DNA of 25,714 nt. It comes from Pseudothermotoga sp. Its GTDB lineage: Bacteria; Thermotogota; Thermotogae; Thermotogales; DSM-5069. Within the stretch, counting starts at the first letter, position 1; the number at the start of each line of letters is the position of its first letter. The notes under the pieces are model-generated. The model was not told the DNA's origin, did no database searches, and worked only from the letters and a program-made list of their open reading frames with translations. The translations under genes and the position numbers were made by a program. The stretch lies in the NCBI GenBank assembly GCA_041640575.1, contig JBEPZZ010000022.1:1-25714 (forward strand), in the 5' to 3' direction. Of this stretch, positions 8,409 to 20,825 are shown one piece after another.

Positions 8409-9692
8409 TTGAAGTACGAACGGATTAAGGGTACGACTGATGTGTATGGTAAAGAGGTTTTTTTCTGGAATTATGTGGAAGAAAAAGCTAAGAAAATAGC
8501 TGGCCTTTTCGGATATGAAGAAATTCGCACACCTATTTTCGAAATGACCGAACTTTTTACAAGAAGTGTGGGAGAAGAGACCGACATAGTTCAAAAAGAA
8601 ATGTACACCTTCCTGGACAAAGGTGGTAGAAGTATCACACTAAGGCCAGAAGGCACAGCGCCAACTATTAGAGCATTCATTGAAAATTCAATGATCAACA
8701 ATGGGTTACCGCAGAGATTCTTCTACATTGGACCTATGTTCAGATACGAAAAGCCTCAAAGTGGCAGACTAAGGCAATTTCATCAGTTCGGGGTGGAGCT
8801 GTTAGGTTCCCAGAATCCTCTAGCTGACGCAGAAATAATAGTTTTGGCGAGAAATTTCCTAGATGAGCTTGGAATAAAAGATTATCAAATACATTTGAAC
8901 TCGATTGGTTGCCCAAAGTGTAGGATTAACTACAAAAAGGCTTTGAAGGATTTCTATTCTAATCATTACGATAAATTGTGCGATGACTGTAAGAGAAGAT
9001 TTGAAACTAACATTATGAGGCTTTTAGATTGTAAGATAGACAACGAGTTGGTGGATCAGGCTCCAAAGACTTCTGAATATCTTTGTGAGGACTGCAAAGT
9101 TCATTACGAAGAAGTGAAAAAGCTGCTAAAGCTAGCCGAGATCAATTACATTGAGGATGGAAATCTGGTACGAGGTTTAGACTATTATACTAAAACGGTT
9201 TTTGAAGTTAGGCATGGTTCACTTGGTGCGCAGAACACAATCCTTGCTGGTGGAAGATATGATGGCTTGTCTGCAGAACTTGGAGGCCCAGAATTACCAG
9301 CTCTTGGTTTTGCAGCAGGTATAGAGAGACTTATACTCTGCATAAAGAACGAAGTAATTGAATTTCGAGAAAAACCTGTTTGTTTGGTTTATGTTGCTCC
9401 AATGGGAGAGGCCGGACTTAAACATGCTTTTGATATCACGAGAAATTTGAGAAAGCATGAAATACCAACAGTAATGGATGTTAACGCAAGGAATCTCAAG
9501 GCACAGCTCAAACACGCGGATCGCATTGGAGCGGTTGTAGCGATCATAGTTGGAGAGAATGAAGTATCGAACAATGTAGTTGCGATAAAGGAACTTGACG
9601 TAGGTCAACAACACGAGGTAGAAATAGACTACGCAATCGACTACGTCATCGATATGCTGAAAACTAAGAATATGCTTCCCAAGAGCAATTGA
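8409..9692 (+). CDS. hisS: Histidine--tRNA ligase
   Basis: KGTTD, LRPEGTAP, FRYEKPQSGRLRQFHQ, LVRGLDYY, GGRYDGL and GFAAGIER. TTG 8409 lies 9 nt after SD AGGAGG; the ORF-track start at 8337 is over-extended. Confidence 0.98.
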   Translation: MKYERIKGTTDVYGKEVFFWNYVEEKAKKIAGLFGYEEIRTPIFEMTELFTRSVGEETDIVQKEMYTFLDKGGRSITLRPEGTAPTIRAFIENSMINNGLPQRFFYIGPMFRYEKPQSGRLRQFHQFGVELLGSQNPLADAEIIVLARNFLDELGIKDYQIHLNSIGCPKCRINYKKALKDFYSNHYDKLCDDCKRRFETNIMRLLDCKIDNELVDQAPKTSEYLCEDCKVHYEEVKKLLKLAEINYIEDGNLVRGLDYYTKTVFEVRHGSLGAQNTILAGGRYDGLSAELGGPELPALGFAAGIERLILCIKNEVIEFREKPVCLVYVAPMGEAGLKHAFDITRNLRKHEIPTVMDVNARNLKAQLKHADRIGAVVAIIVGENEVSNNVVAIKELDVGQQHEVEIDYAIDYVIDMLKTKNMLPKSN

Positions 9693-9703
9693 AGAAGATG
9701 TTT

Positions 9704-10549
9704 TTATTTTCTCATATCTCTAACTGCTCCAGCAACCAATGTGACCACCAGTATTGCATTAAACAATGTTTCATAGTTTTCTGTTACGAACACAACGGTT
9801 CGACCATCAATTCTTTGAAAGCCAGGGATTAATTCGCAGCTATCTGCATATGCTGTATCCTTCAATTCAATTTTCAGCTCTAAAGGCAAGGTAAATTTCA
9901 CCATTGCTAATTCGTCTTTTTTGATCAGCACGGCTTGAAAGGCCCCGTCTTCAATTTCCTTAAGAACCCTAGGAAATGGCTTCATGATCGCCGCATATCT
10001 TCCCACACTCTCTTTTGTAACAACGTAAACATACTTTCCACCGATCGATTCTGAAAGTTCCTTAAGAAGTGTTTGATCGCCAGCTGCAAAAGCTAGTGGA
10101 ACGTTGAACTCTCCAGCAAATCCAAGGTTGATCAGAGCTTCATTCATCCTTCGACCGTTTATCCACAGATTGTGGATTAATGAGCTTGAGTAGGTATGAT
10201 CCATGTTCCCATAAGCATTTCCAGCACCTGCGTGATATCCCAAAAGAAAGACCCTGTCAAAAGATGCATCAAGTCCAGCCATCATATAATTCTTTCTGTC
10301 AGGTCCGTGGACAATTCTTACATTATCAAACTCTTGTGTCAGTGAGTACGGTATGTTGTCGCCATTCGCATGAGAATCTGAAATAAGAATTTCTTCGACA
10401 TCTCTATCTGCTTTCATTATTCCTTTCAAAACAGCTCTCAGCTGAGATGTTAACAACTCCAATGACTCCTTCGATTGTCTTGGGTCAACTTCCCTCCATT
10501 GACTGATACCAGCTAGACCTTCCATATCAACTGAAATGTAAACTTTCAT
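9704..10549 (-). CDS. dppA: M55 family zinc aminopeptidase (DppA-like D-aminopeptidase)
   Basis: YISVDMEG, DSH, GYHAGAG, HTYS, NEA and AGD motifs. Confidence 0.9.
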   Translation of the reverse strand: MKVYISVDMEGLAGISQWREVDPRQSKESLELLTSQLRAVLKGIMKADRDVEEILISDSHANGDNIPYSLTQEFDNVRIVHGPDRKNYMMAGLDASFDRVFLLGYHAGAGNAYGNMDHTYSSSLIHNLWINGRRMNEALINLGFAGEFNVPLAFAAGDQTLLKELSESIGGKYVYVVTKESVGRYAAIMKPFPRVLKEIEDGAFQAVLIKKDELAMVKFTLPLELKIELKDTAYADSCELIPGFQRIDGRTVVFVTENYETLFNAILVVTLVAGAVRDMRK

Positions 10550-10599
10550 GTAAATCCCCCTTCTTTCTAATTGATTTTGATTCGCTGATTAAATCTATT

Positions 10600-10628
10600 T
10601 TGTTCTACTATCAACAACATGATATCAT
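10600..10628 (+). promoter_or_regulatory. sigma70-type promoter TTGTTC-N17-TATCAT with extended -10
   Basis: -35 at 10600-10605, TG at 10620-10621, -10 at 10623-10628. It covers the ORF-track ATG 10619, implying a later start codon. Confidence 0.6.
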
Positions 10629-10639
10629 TAAATTTGGTG

Positions 10640-11461
10640 ATGGAGTTGATTTTCATCAATCCTGAAAAAACGTTACCAATAACACTGACTGGAAATTTCT
10701 GTGCCTTGAACTGTCCTCACTGCGCTGGACATTATCTTAGGTCCATGAAATCGTTTGATAGGATCGAAGACTACGTTGCAGCAGGTTACAAATCCTTTTT
10801 GATCAGTGGTGGTTTGAATAATGTTGGAGAATTGCCCCTTGATGGCTATTTAAATAGGCTTGCTGAGATGAAACAAAAATACAATTTGAAATATAATTTT
10901 CACATAGGTTTTCCCAGCCGCCTTGACTCTCTCGCTGGATTAGCAGATGTTGTGAGCTTTGATTTTTTCGCCAGTCGTCAGATCCTTAGAAACATATACC
11001 GCATAGACTATGATCCCATGAAACTCATTGAACTTCTTAAGCAAACTGATTTGCCATCTGTTCCACATATAACAATTGGAATCAGTTGTGGTAACATATC
11101 TCACGAATATAGTGCTCTGAGAATCCTAAGAAACCACTATGATGCTGTGGTCCTCAATGTTTTCGTTCCAACACCGGGAACCTTGTATGAGAAATGTCCC
11201 CCACCCTCAATTGACGATGTTGCAAAAGTATTTGCCTTTGCTAGATCCCTATTCAAAACTGTCGTGTTGGGTTGCATGCAACCCCGTGGTGAATACAGAA
11301 AGAAACTTCAGCAAACGATTTATGATTACGTCAATGTTATTGTAAAGCCAGTGGAAAAGGTTTCTGTTGACTATCAGGGATGTTGTGCATTTTTACTGGT
11401 AAATAAAAACTTGGAGGTGTTTAACAATGTACGACAAAGAAGAAATGCAGAAGTTGAATAA
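10640..11461 (+). CDS. Radical SAM protein, LipS1-like (biotin-synthase-related family)
   Basis: [15 protein letters not shown] (CX3CX2C), [25 protein letters not shown] and a C-terminal CC. Start is ATG 10640 or TTG 10646. Confidence 0.8.
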   Translation: MELIFINPEKTLPITLTGNFCALNCPHCAGHYLRSMKSFDRIEDYVAAGYKSFLISGGLNNVGELPLDGYLNRLAEMKQKYNLKYNFHIGFPSRLDSLAGLADVVSFDFFASRQILRNIYRIDYDPMKLIELLKQTDLPSVPHITIGISCGNISHEYSALRILRNHYDAVVLNVFVPTPGTLYEKCPPPSIDDVAKVFAFARSLFKTVVLGCMQPRGEYRKKLQQTIYDYVNVIVKPVEKVSVDYQGCCAFLLVNKNLEVFNNVRQRRNAEVE

Positions 11462-13106
11462 TAGTCTGAGTGAGTGGGAAACGAAAACTCAAGATGAACT
11501 AAAGAAGTTTAAGGAGAGAAAGGAAAGATTTTATTCAACTTCTGGTTATGAGATTAAGAGAGTTTACACACCTGTGGATGTTTCAGAATTGAACTACATA
11601 AAGGACCTTGGATTCCCTGGTGAATATCCGTACACTAGGGGTGTCCAAAGGACAATGTACAGAGGTAGATTCTGGACAATGAGGCAATATGCAGGATTTG
11701 GAACGGCGGAGGAAACGAATAAAAGATTTAAGTATCTTCTACAGCAAGGTCAAACAGGCCTGTCAGTAGCTTTCGATTTACCAACGCAAATTGGCTACGA
11801 TTCAGACCATCCTCTTGCAGAAGGAGAGGTTGGAAGAGTTGGAGTTGCAATAGATTCTCTAAAAGACATGGAAGTACTCTTTGACGGTATACCACTGAAG
11901 GATGTTAGTACTTCCATGACGATCAACTCAACCGCTGCCATTCTTCTGGCAATGTACGGCATCACGGCTGAAAAGCAAGGTGCAAAACTTGATGAACTTC
12001 GCGGGACAATACAAAACGATATTCTTAAAGAATATATAGCCAGGGGAACCTACATTTTCCCACCAGAACCATCTATGAAAATCATCACGGATATCTTTGA
12101 ATTCTGTTCAGAAAAGATGCCGAAATGGAACACTATAAGCATTAGCGGATATCATATACGCGAGGCAGGAGCTACAGCTGTTCAAGAGCTTGCGTTTACT
12201 TTTTGTGATGCTATTGCTTACGTCGAAGCTGCAGTAAGGTCTGGACTCGATCCGAACGTTTTTGGCAAGCAACTTTCATTTTTCTTTGCTGCTCATAACA
12301 ATTTCCTAGAAGAAGTAGCAAAGTTCCGAGCCGCGAGGCGAATCTGGGCAAAGATAATGAAGGAAAGGTTCAATGTTTCAAACCCGGAAGCATTAAAATT
12401 GCGCTTCCATACTCAAACGGGTGGATCAACCCTGACAGCTCAGCAACCACTGAACAACATTGTTCGTGTAACAATTCAAGCTCTCGCTGCAGTGCTAGGT
12501 GGAACTCAATCTCTGCATACAAACTCTTATGATGAAGCCCTTGGACTTCCAACGGAAGAGTCGGTACAAGTTGCTTTGAGAACTCAACAAATAATTGCTT
12601 ACGAGTCAGGAGTTGCTGATATAGTTGACGCACTTGGTGGTTCGTTCGCAATAGAGGCAATGACAAACGAAATTGAAAACAGAGTCTGGGAATACATAGA
12701 AAAGATAGATTCGCTAGGAGGTATGGTACGCGCAATTGAAAGTGGTTATGTTCAAAGGGAAATTCATAATAGCGCCTATGAGCAACAACTTGCAATTGAA
12801 AAACAAGAGCAAATTATTGTAGGAGTGAATGCATTCAGGACTGCCGAGTCTGAACAAGTCAAGAAAATCTTAAAAGTTAATCCTGAGCTTGAAGAAAAAC
12901 AGAAGCAAGCCCTGAAAGAGCTCAGGAGTGCAAGGGACAATCAAGCTGTCAAAATAGCTCTGCAAGAACTCAGCAATGCTGCACAAGCAGGCAGAAATAT
13001 CGTACCTTTCATTTTTGATGCAGTGCGAGTTTACGCAACGCTTGGAGAAATAACAGATGTTCTAAGAGATATTTTTGGTGAGTACACGGAGACCCATATA
13101 CTTTGA
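11427..13106 (+). CDS. Methylmalonyl-CoA mutase, substrate-binding large subunit
   Basis: [19 protein letters not shown] (Tyr89 equivalent), [15 protein letters not shown] (Gln197/Arg207 equivalents), [12 protein letters not shown] and [19 protein letters not shown]. Confidence 0.96.
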   Translation: MYDKEEMQKLNNSLSEWETKTQDELKKFKERKERFYSTSGYEIKRVYTPVDVSELNYIKDLGFPGEYPYTRGVQRTMYRGRFWTMRQYAGFGTAEETNKRFKYLLQQGQTGLSVAFDLPTQIGYDSDHPLAEGEVGRVGVAIDSLKDMEVLFDGIPLKDVSTSMTINSTAAILLAMYGITAEKQGAKLDELRGTIQNDILKEYIARGTYIFPPEPSMKIITDIFEFCSEKMPKWNTISISGYHIREAGATAVQELAFTFCDAIAYVEAAVRSGLDPNVFGKQLSFFFAAHNNFLEEVAKFRAARRIWAKIMKERFNVSNPEALKLRFHTQTGGSTLTAQQPLNNIVRVTIQALAAVLGGTQSLHTNSYDEALGLPTEESVQVALRTQQIIAYESGVADIVDALGGSFAIEAMTNEIENRVWEYIEKIDSLGGMVRAIESGYVQREIHNSAYEQQLAIEKQEQIIVGVNAFRTAESEQVKKILKVNPELEEKQKQALKELRSARDNQAVKIALQELSNAAQAGRNIVPFIFDAVRVYATLGEITDVLRDIFGEYTETHIL

Positions 13107-13120
13107 AGGAGGGGTGACAT

Positions 13121-13537
13121 GTGAGGACCTACCGTATTCTAATCGCAAAGCCGGGCTTAGACGGGCATGATCGTGGAGCAAAAGTAGTTGCTCACGCTTT
13201 GAGAGATGCTGGTTTTGAGGTTATATACACCGGATTAAGGCAAACACCGGAACAAATTGTCAGAACAGCAGTGCAAGAAGATGTCGATTTGATTGGATTA
13301 TCTATACTTTCCGGTGCTCATCTTCAACTTACAAAAAAGGTAATCGAAATGATGAGAAAAGAAGGCATCGAAAATATACCAGTTTTTGTCGGCGGAATCA
13401 TTCCCTCTGAAGATGTGCCGGAGCTATTGAAAATGGGTGTAAGAAGAGTATTTGGCCCTGGAACACTGTTATCAGAAATCGTTAAGGAGGTCAAAGCAAT
13501 TCTCGAAGAGGGAGTGACAAAATCAAGTGGATCATAA
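13121..13537 (+). CDS. Methylmalonyl-CoA mutase, cobalamin-binding small subunit
   Basis: [10 protein letters not shown] (DxHxxG), [15 protein letters not shown] and FGPGT. Confidence 0.96.
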   Translation: MRTYRILIAKPGLDGHDRGAKVVAHALRDAGFEVIYTGLRQTPEQIVRTAVQEDVDLIGLSILSGAHLQLTKKVIEMMRKEGIENIPVFVGGIIPSEDVPELLKMGVRRVFGPGTLLSEIVKEVKAILEEGVTKSSGS

Positions 13538-14378
13538 AAAGATAGCGAAACTGATATCGATAGTTGAGAACGAACCTACACGTGCCCAACAGATCATAAA
13601 TGATTTTCCTGATCGACGTGCGAGGATTTTCGGCTTCACGGGAAGTCCAGGTGCCGGCAAGAGTACTTTAGTTGACCAAGTGATAGCTAATTTGAGAGCT
13701 CGCAACAAACTGGTTGCTGTCGTAGCAGTAGATCCATCAAGCCCTTTCACGAAGGGAGCTTTTCTCGGTGATCGTGTACGAATGAAAAGGCATTTCACTG
13801 ATGAAGGCGTTTTTATAAGAAGTATGGCCTCAAGAGGTGCTCTTGGCGGGCTGTGTGACGCTATTTTCGATGTTGTTACGCTACTTGAAAGACTAGGATT
13901 TGATTACGTTCTTATAGAAACCGTTGGTGTTGGGCAATCAGAACTGGAGATCAGATACGTGGCAGATGTCGTAAGTTTGGTGATATCACCAGGCTTCGGT
14001 GACGAAATTCAGATGCTTAAGTCTGGTGTAATGGAAATAGCTGATGTTTATGTAATCAACAAGACCGACCTATCTGAAAGTGAATCTTTATACATTCAGC
14101 TTATGTCATTTCTTTCTTTGGCTCGAAGAAACAATCCTGTTTTGAGAACTGTCGCAACAACTGGAAACGGTGTGGAAAACTTGGTTAATACACTCGATTT
14201 CATGTGGTCAAACTTTGAGAAATCGGGCGAACTTGTTGAAAGACGAAAGAACAGGGTAAAACATCATGCTGAACATCTGCTCAGGAAAATCATCGAAACC
14301 AAAATAGGAGACCTTGAAGCTAACAATGCACAAAGCTACATCGATGAGGCGTTAAAAAGGCTTTGCAACGGTAAATAA
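13527..14378 (+). CDS. meaB: MeaB/ArgK GTPase chaperone of the B12 mutase
   Basis: [10 protein letters not shown]-loop, [25 protein letters not shown] and NKTD. Confidence 0.94.
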   Translation: MDHKKIAKLISIVENEPTRAQQIINDFPDRRARIFGFTGSPGAGKSTLVDQVIANLRARNKLVAVVAVDPSSPFTKGAFLGDRVRMKRHFTDEGVFIRSMASRGALGGLCDAIFDVVTLLERLGFDYVLIETVGVGQSELEIRYVADVVSLVISPGFGDEIQMLKSGVMEIADVYVINKTDLSESESLYIQLMSFLSLARRNNPVLRTVATTGNGVENLVNTLDFMWSNFEKSGELVERRKNRVKHHAEHLLRKIIETKIGDLEANNAQSYIDEALKRLCNGK

Positions 14379-14381
14379 AAA

Positions 14382-14457
14382 TGGTCAGGGGGGAGGGACT
14401 TGAACCCTCGACCTCCGGACCCCGATTCCGGCGTTCTGCCATCTGAACTACCCCCTG
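14382..14457 (-). tRNA. tRNA-Pro (anticodon CGG)
   Basis: Reverse complement CAGGGGG TA GTTC AGATGGCA GAAC G CCGGA ATCGGGG TCCGG AGGTC GAGGG TTCAAGT CCCTC CCCCCTG A CCA folds as a full 76-nt cloverleaf with encoded CCA, C1-G72 and A73. Confidence 0.97.
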
Positions 14458-14476
14458 ATGAACTTACGGCAAATAT

Positions 14477-14505
14477 ATGATACCACTCTAAGGATCTTTC
14501 GGCAA
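14477..14505 (-). promoter_or_regulatory. tRNA promoter TTGCCG-N17-TATCAT with extended -10
   Basis: Minus-strand -35 at 14505-14500, -10 at 14482-14477, TGG immediately before the -10. Confidence 0.7.
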
Positions 14506-14544
14506 GATAGATCTGGAAGAGACTTACACTTTACGACACGTTGA

Positions 14545-14553
14545 TGGTAAAAT
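14545..14553 (+). promoter_or_regulatory. Candidate extended -10 promoter (TGgTAAAAT) for mtnN-ligA
   Basis: TG at 14545-14546 and TAAAAT at 14548-14553, upstream of ATG 14570. Confidence 0.45.
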
Positions 14554-14569
14554 TTGTTGGGGGAATAAT

Positions 14570-17276
<2,707 letters not shown>

Positions 17277-18671
17277 TCAGCCAATCTCTCCAGATAGTAC
17301 TCTATAAAAAAGTTGAGCATAAATTCTAGCTACGAGAACTAAATCGTCTAACAGTATTCTTTCATCTGGTTGATGTTCCGTCTCCGGTCTCCCAGGTAAC
17401 AGTGGCCCAAATGCTACTCCATATGGGACAGCCCTCGCGTATGTTCCACCACCCATGGTTAATAACGTTGGCGGAAGTTTTGTTACATCAGTATAGACAT
17501 CACAAAGAAGTTTTATCAAATCACTGTCTGGCGAGACGAATAAAGGTTTTAGATGGGCTTTTGATTCTACCTGCAATGGTTTAAGTGCTTCTACAACTTG
17601 CTGTGTCATGGATTCAAGAGAATAGTATATTGGATAACGAACATTTATTACAGCTTCTGCTTTTTCGTTAGTTAATTCAATTGTACCAAGATTCACTGTT
17701 AAACTTCCAGTGACACAGTCAGAACCAGCTATTTTTAGTGACTTTCCGTCAGTTTCGTAGCCAATCCTTTCAGCAAGAACCTTAACGAAAGGATAAAGCT
17801 CATCATCATTTTCCAGAAGTTTAGACAAGATGTCTAGCAACGGTGCTATTGCATTGATGCCAGCTTCAGGTTTCGAACCATGTGCCGATTTTCCAAATGT
17901 CTCTATCTTCAGTTGTTTATTCACAACTTCCCAAGCTATTCTGGCCTCATTTGCTGGTTTGAACATTCTCAAAAACTCAATGACTTTTTTATCAAAACCT
18001 TTTAGGATTGCAACGGCTTTTTGTGGCACTACGTTTGAAGCCTCTCCACCCTTTAAATAAACTAAACTGGATTTGCTTGTCTTTCTGCCGAGCTTAATCA
18101 AATAGTTTACGATGCCCTTTTCTGCATAAACTGCAGTGAAAGCAGCATCAGGTGTTACTGCAAATTTTGGCACTTCTTCCCTTTCAAAATAGTATCTGAT
18201 TCCTTTCCAACTTGCCTCCTCATCCGTGCCCAATATTATTCTGACCCTGTTTTTTGGAACAAGTCCGGAATCTTTAACAGCCTTTAGTGCAAAGAGCGTT
18301 GCAACCGTTGGCCCCTTATTATCTGCTGCTCCTCTTCCCCACAAATATCCATCCTTAATCAAACCACCGTATGGATCAACGCTCCATCCTTCCCCCTCTG
18401 GAACAACGTCCAGATGCCCAAGGACTCCGAACAAAATTCCATCGCTCCCGAATTGTATATGACCACCGTAACCATCAACGTTTTTGACCTCAAATCCAAG
18501 CTCTTCACCCACTTTCAGCGCCTCATCCAAAGCTTTAGCCACACCTTCTCCAAAGGGCTTTCCCTCCCCTGCCGGTTCAGAAACAACAGACTTGATTTTT
18601 ATTAATGACGCAACAGCTTCAAACATCTTTTGTTTGTTCTCAATAACCAATCTGTCAATTCTCTCGTTCAT
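17277..18671 (-). CDS. pepV: M20 family dipeptidase (PepV/Sapep)
   Basis: GHLDVVP, GRGAADNKGP, GTDEE, PDAAF, GKSAHGS, GGGTYAR and HQPDE. ATG 18671 follows SD GGAGGTG. Confidence 0.92.
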   Translation of the reverse strand: MNERIDRLVIENKQKMFEAVASLIKIKSVVSEPAGEGKPFGEGVAKALDEALKVGEELGFEVKNVDGYGGHIQFGSDGILFGVLGHLDVVPEGEGWSVDPYGGLIKDGYLWGRGAADNKGPTVATLFALKAVKDSGLVPKNRVRIILGTDEEASWKGIRYYFEREEVPKFAVTPDAAFTAVYAEKGIVNYLIKLGRKTSKSSLVYLKGGEASNVVPQKAVAILKGFDKKVIEFLRMFKPANEARIAWEVVNKQLKIETFGKSAHGSKPEAGINAIAPLLDILSKLLENDDELYPFVKVLAERIGYETDGKSLKIAGSDCVTGSLTVNLGTIELTNEKAEAVINVRYPIYYSLESMTQQVVEALKPLQVESKAHLKPLFVSPDSDLIKLLCDVYTDVTKLPPTLLTMGGGTYARAVPYGVAFGPLLPGRPETEHQPDERILLDDLVLVARIYAQLFYRVLSGEIG

Positions 18672-18694
18672 CACAACCCACCTCCACACTTAGA

Positions 18695-18703
18695 TGATAC
18701 AAT
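18695..18703 (+). promoter_or_regulatory. Candidate extended -10 promoter TGaTACAAT
   Basis: Sits in the 48-nt divergent gap, upstream of SD AAGGTGA and ATG 18720. Confidence 0.5.
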
Positions 18704-18719
18704 ACTAAAAGGTGATGCC

Positions 18720-19265
18720 ATGAGGGTATTTTTCCTAACCATTACACTTTTCTTTTTTTCAACAGTTTTTGCGTCAGTTTTGATCACGCCCGATTTTTCT
18801 TATGTGCCTTTTGATAGGAAAGCAGTCGTTTTCTTCGAACCAACTGGAAATTTGTCATTTGACGTTTGTTTAACTGACCATATCTGCATTCAGTTTTCAA
18901 ATTTTGAAATCGCAGTCTCAGCTAGACTGTTTCGGTTTTCAAGAGTCGAATTCTCGACGCGAATTACTCCTAAAACATTAACATTTTATTTGCAGGACAG
19001 GAAAACTTGGTTGGCTTTCAATCATACAACAATTGGATTTGATTTTTCACAACGTAAGAGCCTTATCTTTTCCGCGATCCTTGACAGTTACGGTATACTT
19101 CCTGACGAGTTTGTAAATCTCGGAGTATCAATAAGACAGTTCGAAGATGGTGCAAGAATTCTGAAAGGTTTTATGCAAATCAAATTCTGGAACTTTGGGG
19201 TAATAACCTCGGTGATTTACGGTGGTGATAAAATATGCGAAACATTGTTTTTCTTATCATTCTAG
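18720..19265 (+). CDS. Exported hypothetical protein, aromatic-rich and ending in Phe
   Basis: Signal peptide MRVFFLTITLFFFSTVFA and SD AAGGTGA. The ORF-track start at 18630 overlaps pepV and is unlikely. Confidence 0.7.
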   Translation: MRVFFLTITLFFFSTVFASVLITPDFSYVPFDRKAVVFFEPTGNLSFDVCLTDHICIQFSNFEIAVSARLFRFSRVEFSTRITPKTLTFYLQDRKTWLAFNHTTIGFDFSQRKSLIFSAILDSYGILPDEFVNLGVSIRQFEDGARILKGFMQIKFWNFGVITSVIYGGDKICETLFFLSF

Positions 19266-20089
19266 TTTGCTCCACATTTATGGCAACAACTTTTCAAATA
19301 GTCTTTACAAGTGACTTGCATGAAAGACTCATCGATAATAACTATGGACCATATGGTCTTATCGAATGGCTCAAAGAGAGGGACAGGAGCAAACTCTTGA
19401 TAATGGATGGTGGCGATCTTTTTGATCAGAAGATTCAACTCCCGTTCTTTTTCGACAATCGCAAAGTTGTCATGGAATACGTTGGTAAGGTAGCATATGA
19501 TGCGATGGTCCCTGGCAATCATGAGTTTTATTTTGGCAAACAATGGTTTGAAGAGTACAAAAAAGCTAATTCCTCGCTCCTAGCAGCAAACCTCCCGGAC
19601 TTGCCGGATTATAAGCTTTTTGAAATCGGCCAAAAGAAAATATTGGTGATTGGACTTGCTGGTTTTCAACATGTAGCCAATCAAATTGAGTTTCATGGAG
19701 GAATGCCTAAGGACCCTATTAAAAGCCTGGAAGAAATCATCCAGGAAATTCCTGCAGCAGACTACATAATATGCCTATCTCACTTACCACATGAGTTAGA
19801 TGAAAAAATTCTAGAAACTTTTTCACAAATCAACCTTGTTCTTAGCGGGCATGATCACAGGGGGCCCGAACTTAAAAAAATCAAGAATTCATATCTCTTC
19901 GAGGCTAGTTCTCATGCGGAATCGATTTATCTGATTACAGTTGATTTGGACTCAAATGAGGTCACTTATGAAAAGTTAAAGTTGAAAGTGAATGAATCTT
20001 TTGCTAGTGATCAGAATCTTCCTGTATCAATACTAATAGCTGCATTGCTAGTAATATTGTCTCTTGCATGGGTTAGTTTCAACCCATGA
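19235..20089 (+). CDS. Calcineurin-like metallophosphoesterase (5'-nucleotidase N-domain type), exported and C-terminally membrane anchored
   Basis: SDLH, DGGD, PGNHEF, LSH and SGHDH motifs; N-terminal signal; C-terminal hydrophobic helix. Confidence 0.88.
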   Translation: MRNIVFLIILVCSTFMATTFQIVFTSDLHERLIDNNYGPYGLIEWLKERDRSKLLIMDGGDLFDQKIQLPFFFDNRKVVMEYVGKVAYDAMVPGNHEFYFGKQWFEEYKKANSSLLAANLPDLPDYKLFEIGQKKILVIGLAGFQHVANQIEFHGGMPKDPIKSLEEIIQEIPAADYIICLSHLPHELDEKILETFSQINLVLSGHDHRGPELKKIKNSYLFEASSHAESIYLITVDLDSNEVTYEKLKLKVNESFASDQNLPVSILIAALLVILSLAWVSFNP

Positions 20090-20819
20090 GTAGATCAAGA
20101 ACTGTCATCAACGTAAAGCCAACCAAGATCCAATAAGTTGTCAGTCTCTCTTGTCCCCGCAAATGAGTTTCTGGTATCACTTCGTCACTTATTACAAAAA
20201 CCATAGCCCCAGCTGCCAATGCCATGAGATAAGGTAGTAAACTTTCTGCAATATTCAGAAGAAGTATTCCAAGCACTCCTCCGACAACTTCTACCAGGCC
20301 TGTCAGAAAACTAACTAGAAAGGCTTTAACTGGGGTATAACCAGCATTCAAAAGCGCGGCAGCGACAGCGGCGCCTTCGGGAATATTCTGTGTGCCGATA
20401 GCTACAGCAATTGACAGTGCATGAGGTGTGTATGCTCCTACTCCGACAGCCATACCCTCTGGGAAATTGTGTATAGTTATTGCGATTACAAACAACCAAA
20501 TTCCTTTGAGCTTTCTAGTTTCGATCCCTTCGTGACCTTTTAAGAAATGTTCGTGAGGAATCAGTTTGTCAATGAAATCAACCAAGACACCGCCAAGTAT
20601 GAAACCAACAACAAATCTTAATGGACCGCCTAGCTCTATGGAAGGCAGAACCAAACTAAATGCGCTTGCAGCTAACATCACTCCTGCTGCAAAGCCTAAT
20701 AGCATATCAATGTATTTTTCCTTCAAACTTTTCTTAAAAAGTAAAAAGGGCAGAGAACCTAGTCCGGTTGCTGAACCAGCCATAAGACTATAGAGTATTC
20801 CCCTAACCGCCGGGTTCAT
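20079..20819 (-). CDS. ZIP family divalent metal transporter (ZupT/GufA type)
   Basis: GFAAGVMLAAS, IPHEH, TIHNFPEG, QNIPEG, AAGAM and DEVIPE; multiple TM segments. Confidence 0.93.
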   Translation of the reverse strand: MNPAVRGILYSLMAGSATGLGSLPFLLFKKSLKEKYIDMLLGFAAGVMLAASAFSLVLPSIELGGPLRFVVGFILGGVLVDFIDKLIPHEHFLKGHEGIETRKLKGIWLFVIAITIHNFPEGMAVGVGAYTPHALSIAVAIGTQNIPEGAAVAAALLNAGYTPVKAFLVSFLTGLVEVVGGVLGILLLNIAESLLPYLMALAAGAMVFVISDEVIPETHLRGQERLTTYWILVGFTLMTVLDLLMG

Positions 20820-20825
20820 TCAATT

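Noticed and set aside
8900..9100. Cys-rich segment in HisS (CPKC, CDDC, CEDC)
   Set aside because: A common insertion-domain feature of many bacterial HisRS proteins.
10550..10640. Cobalamin riboswitch upstream of the mutase operon
   Set aside because: The gap is under 100 nt and AT-rich, with no B12-box-like sequence.
11427..13106. Possible isobutyryl-CoA or 2-hydroxyisobutyryl-CoA mutase
   Set aside because: RQYAG (Tyr) and the Arg207 equivalent match methylmalonyl-CoA mutase.
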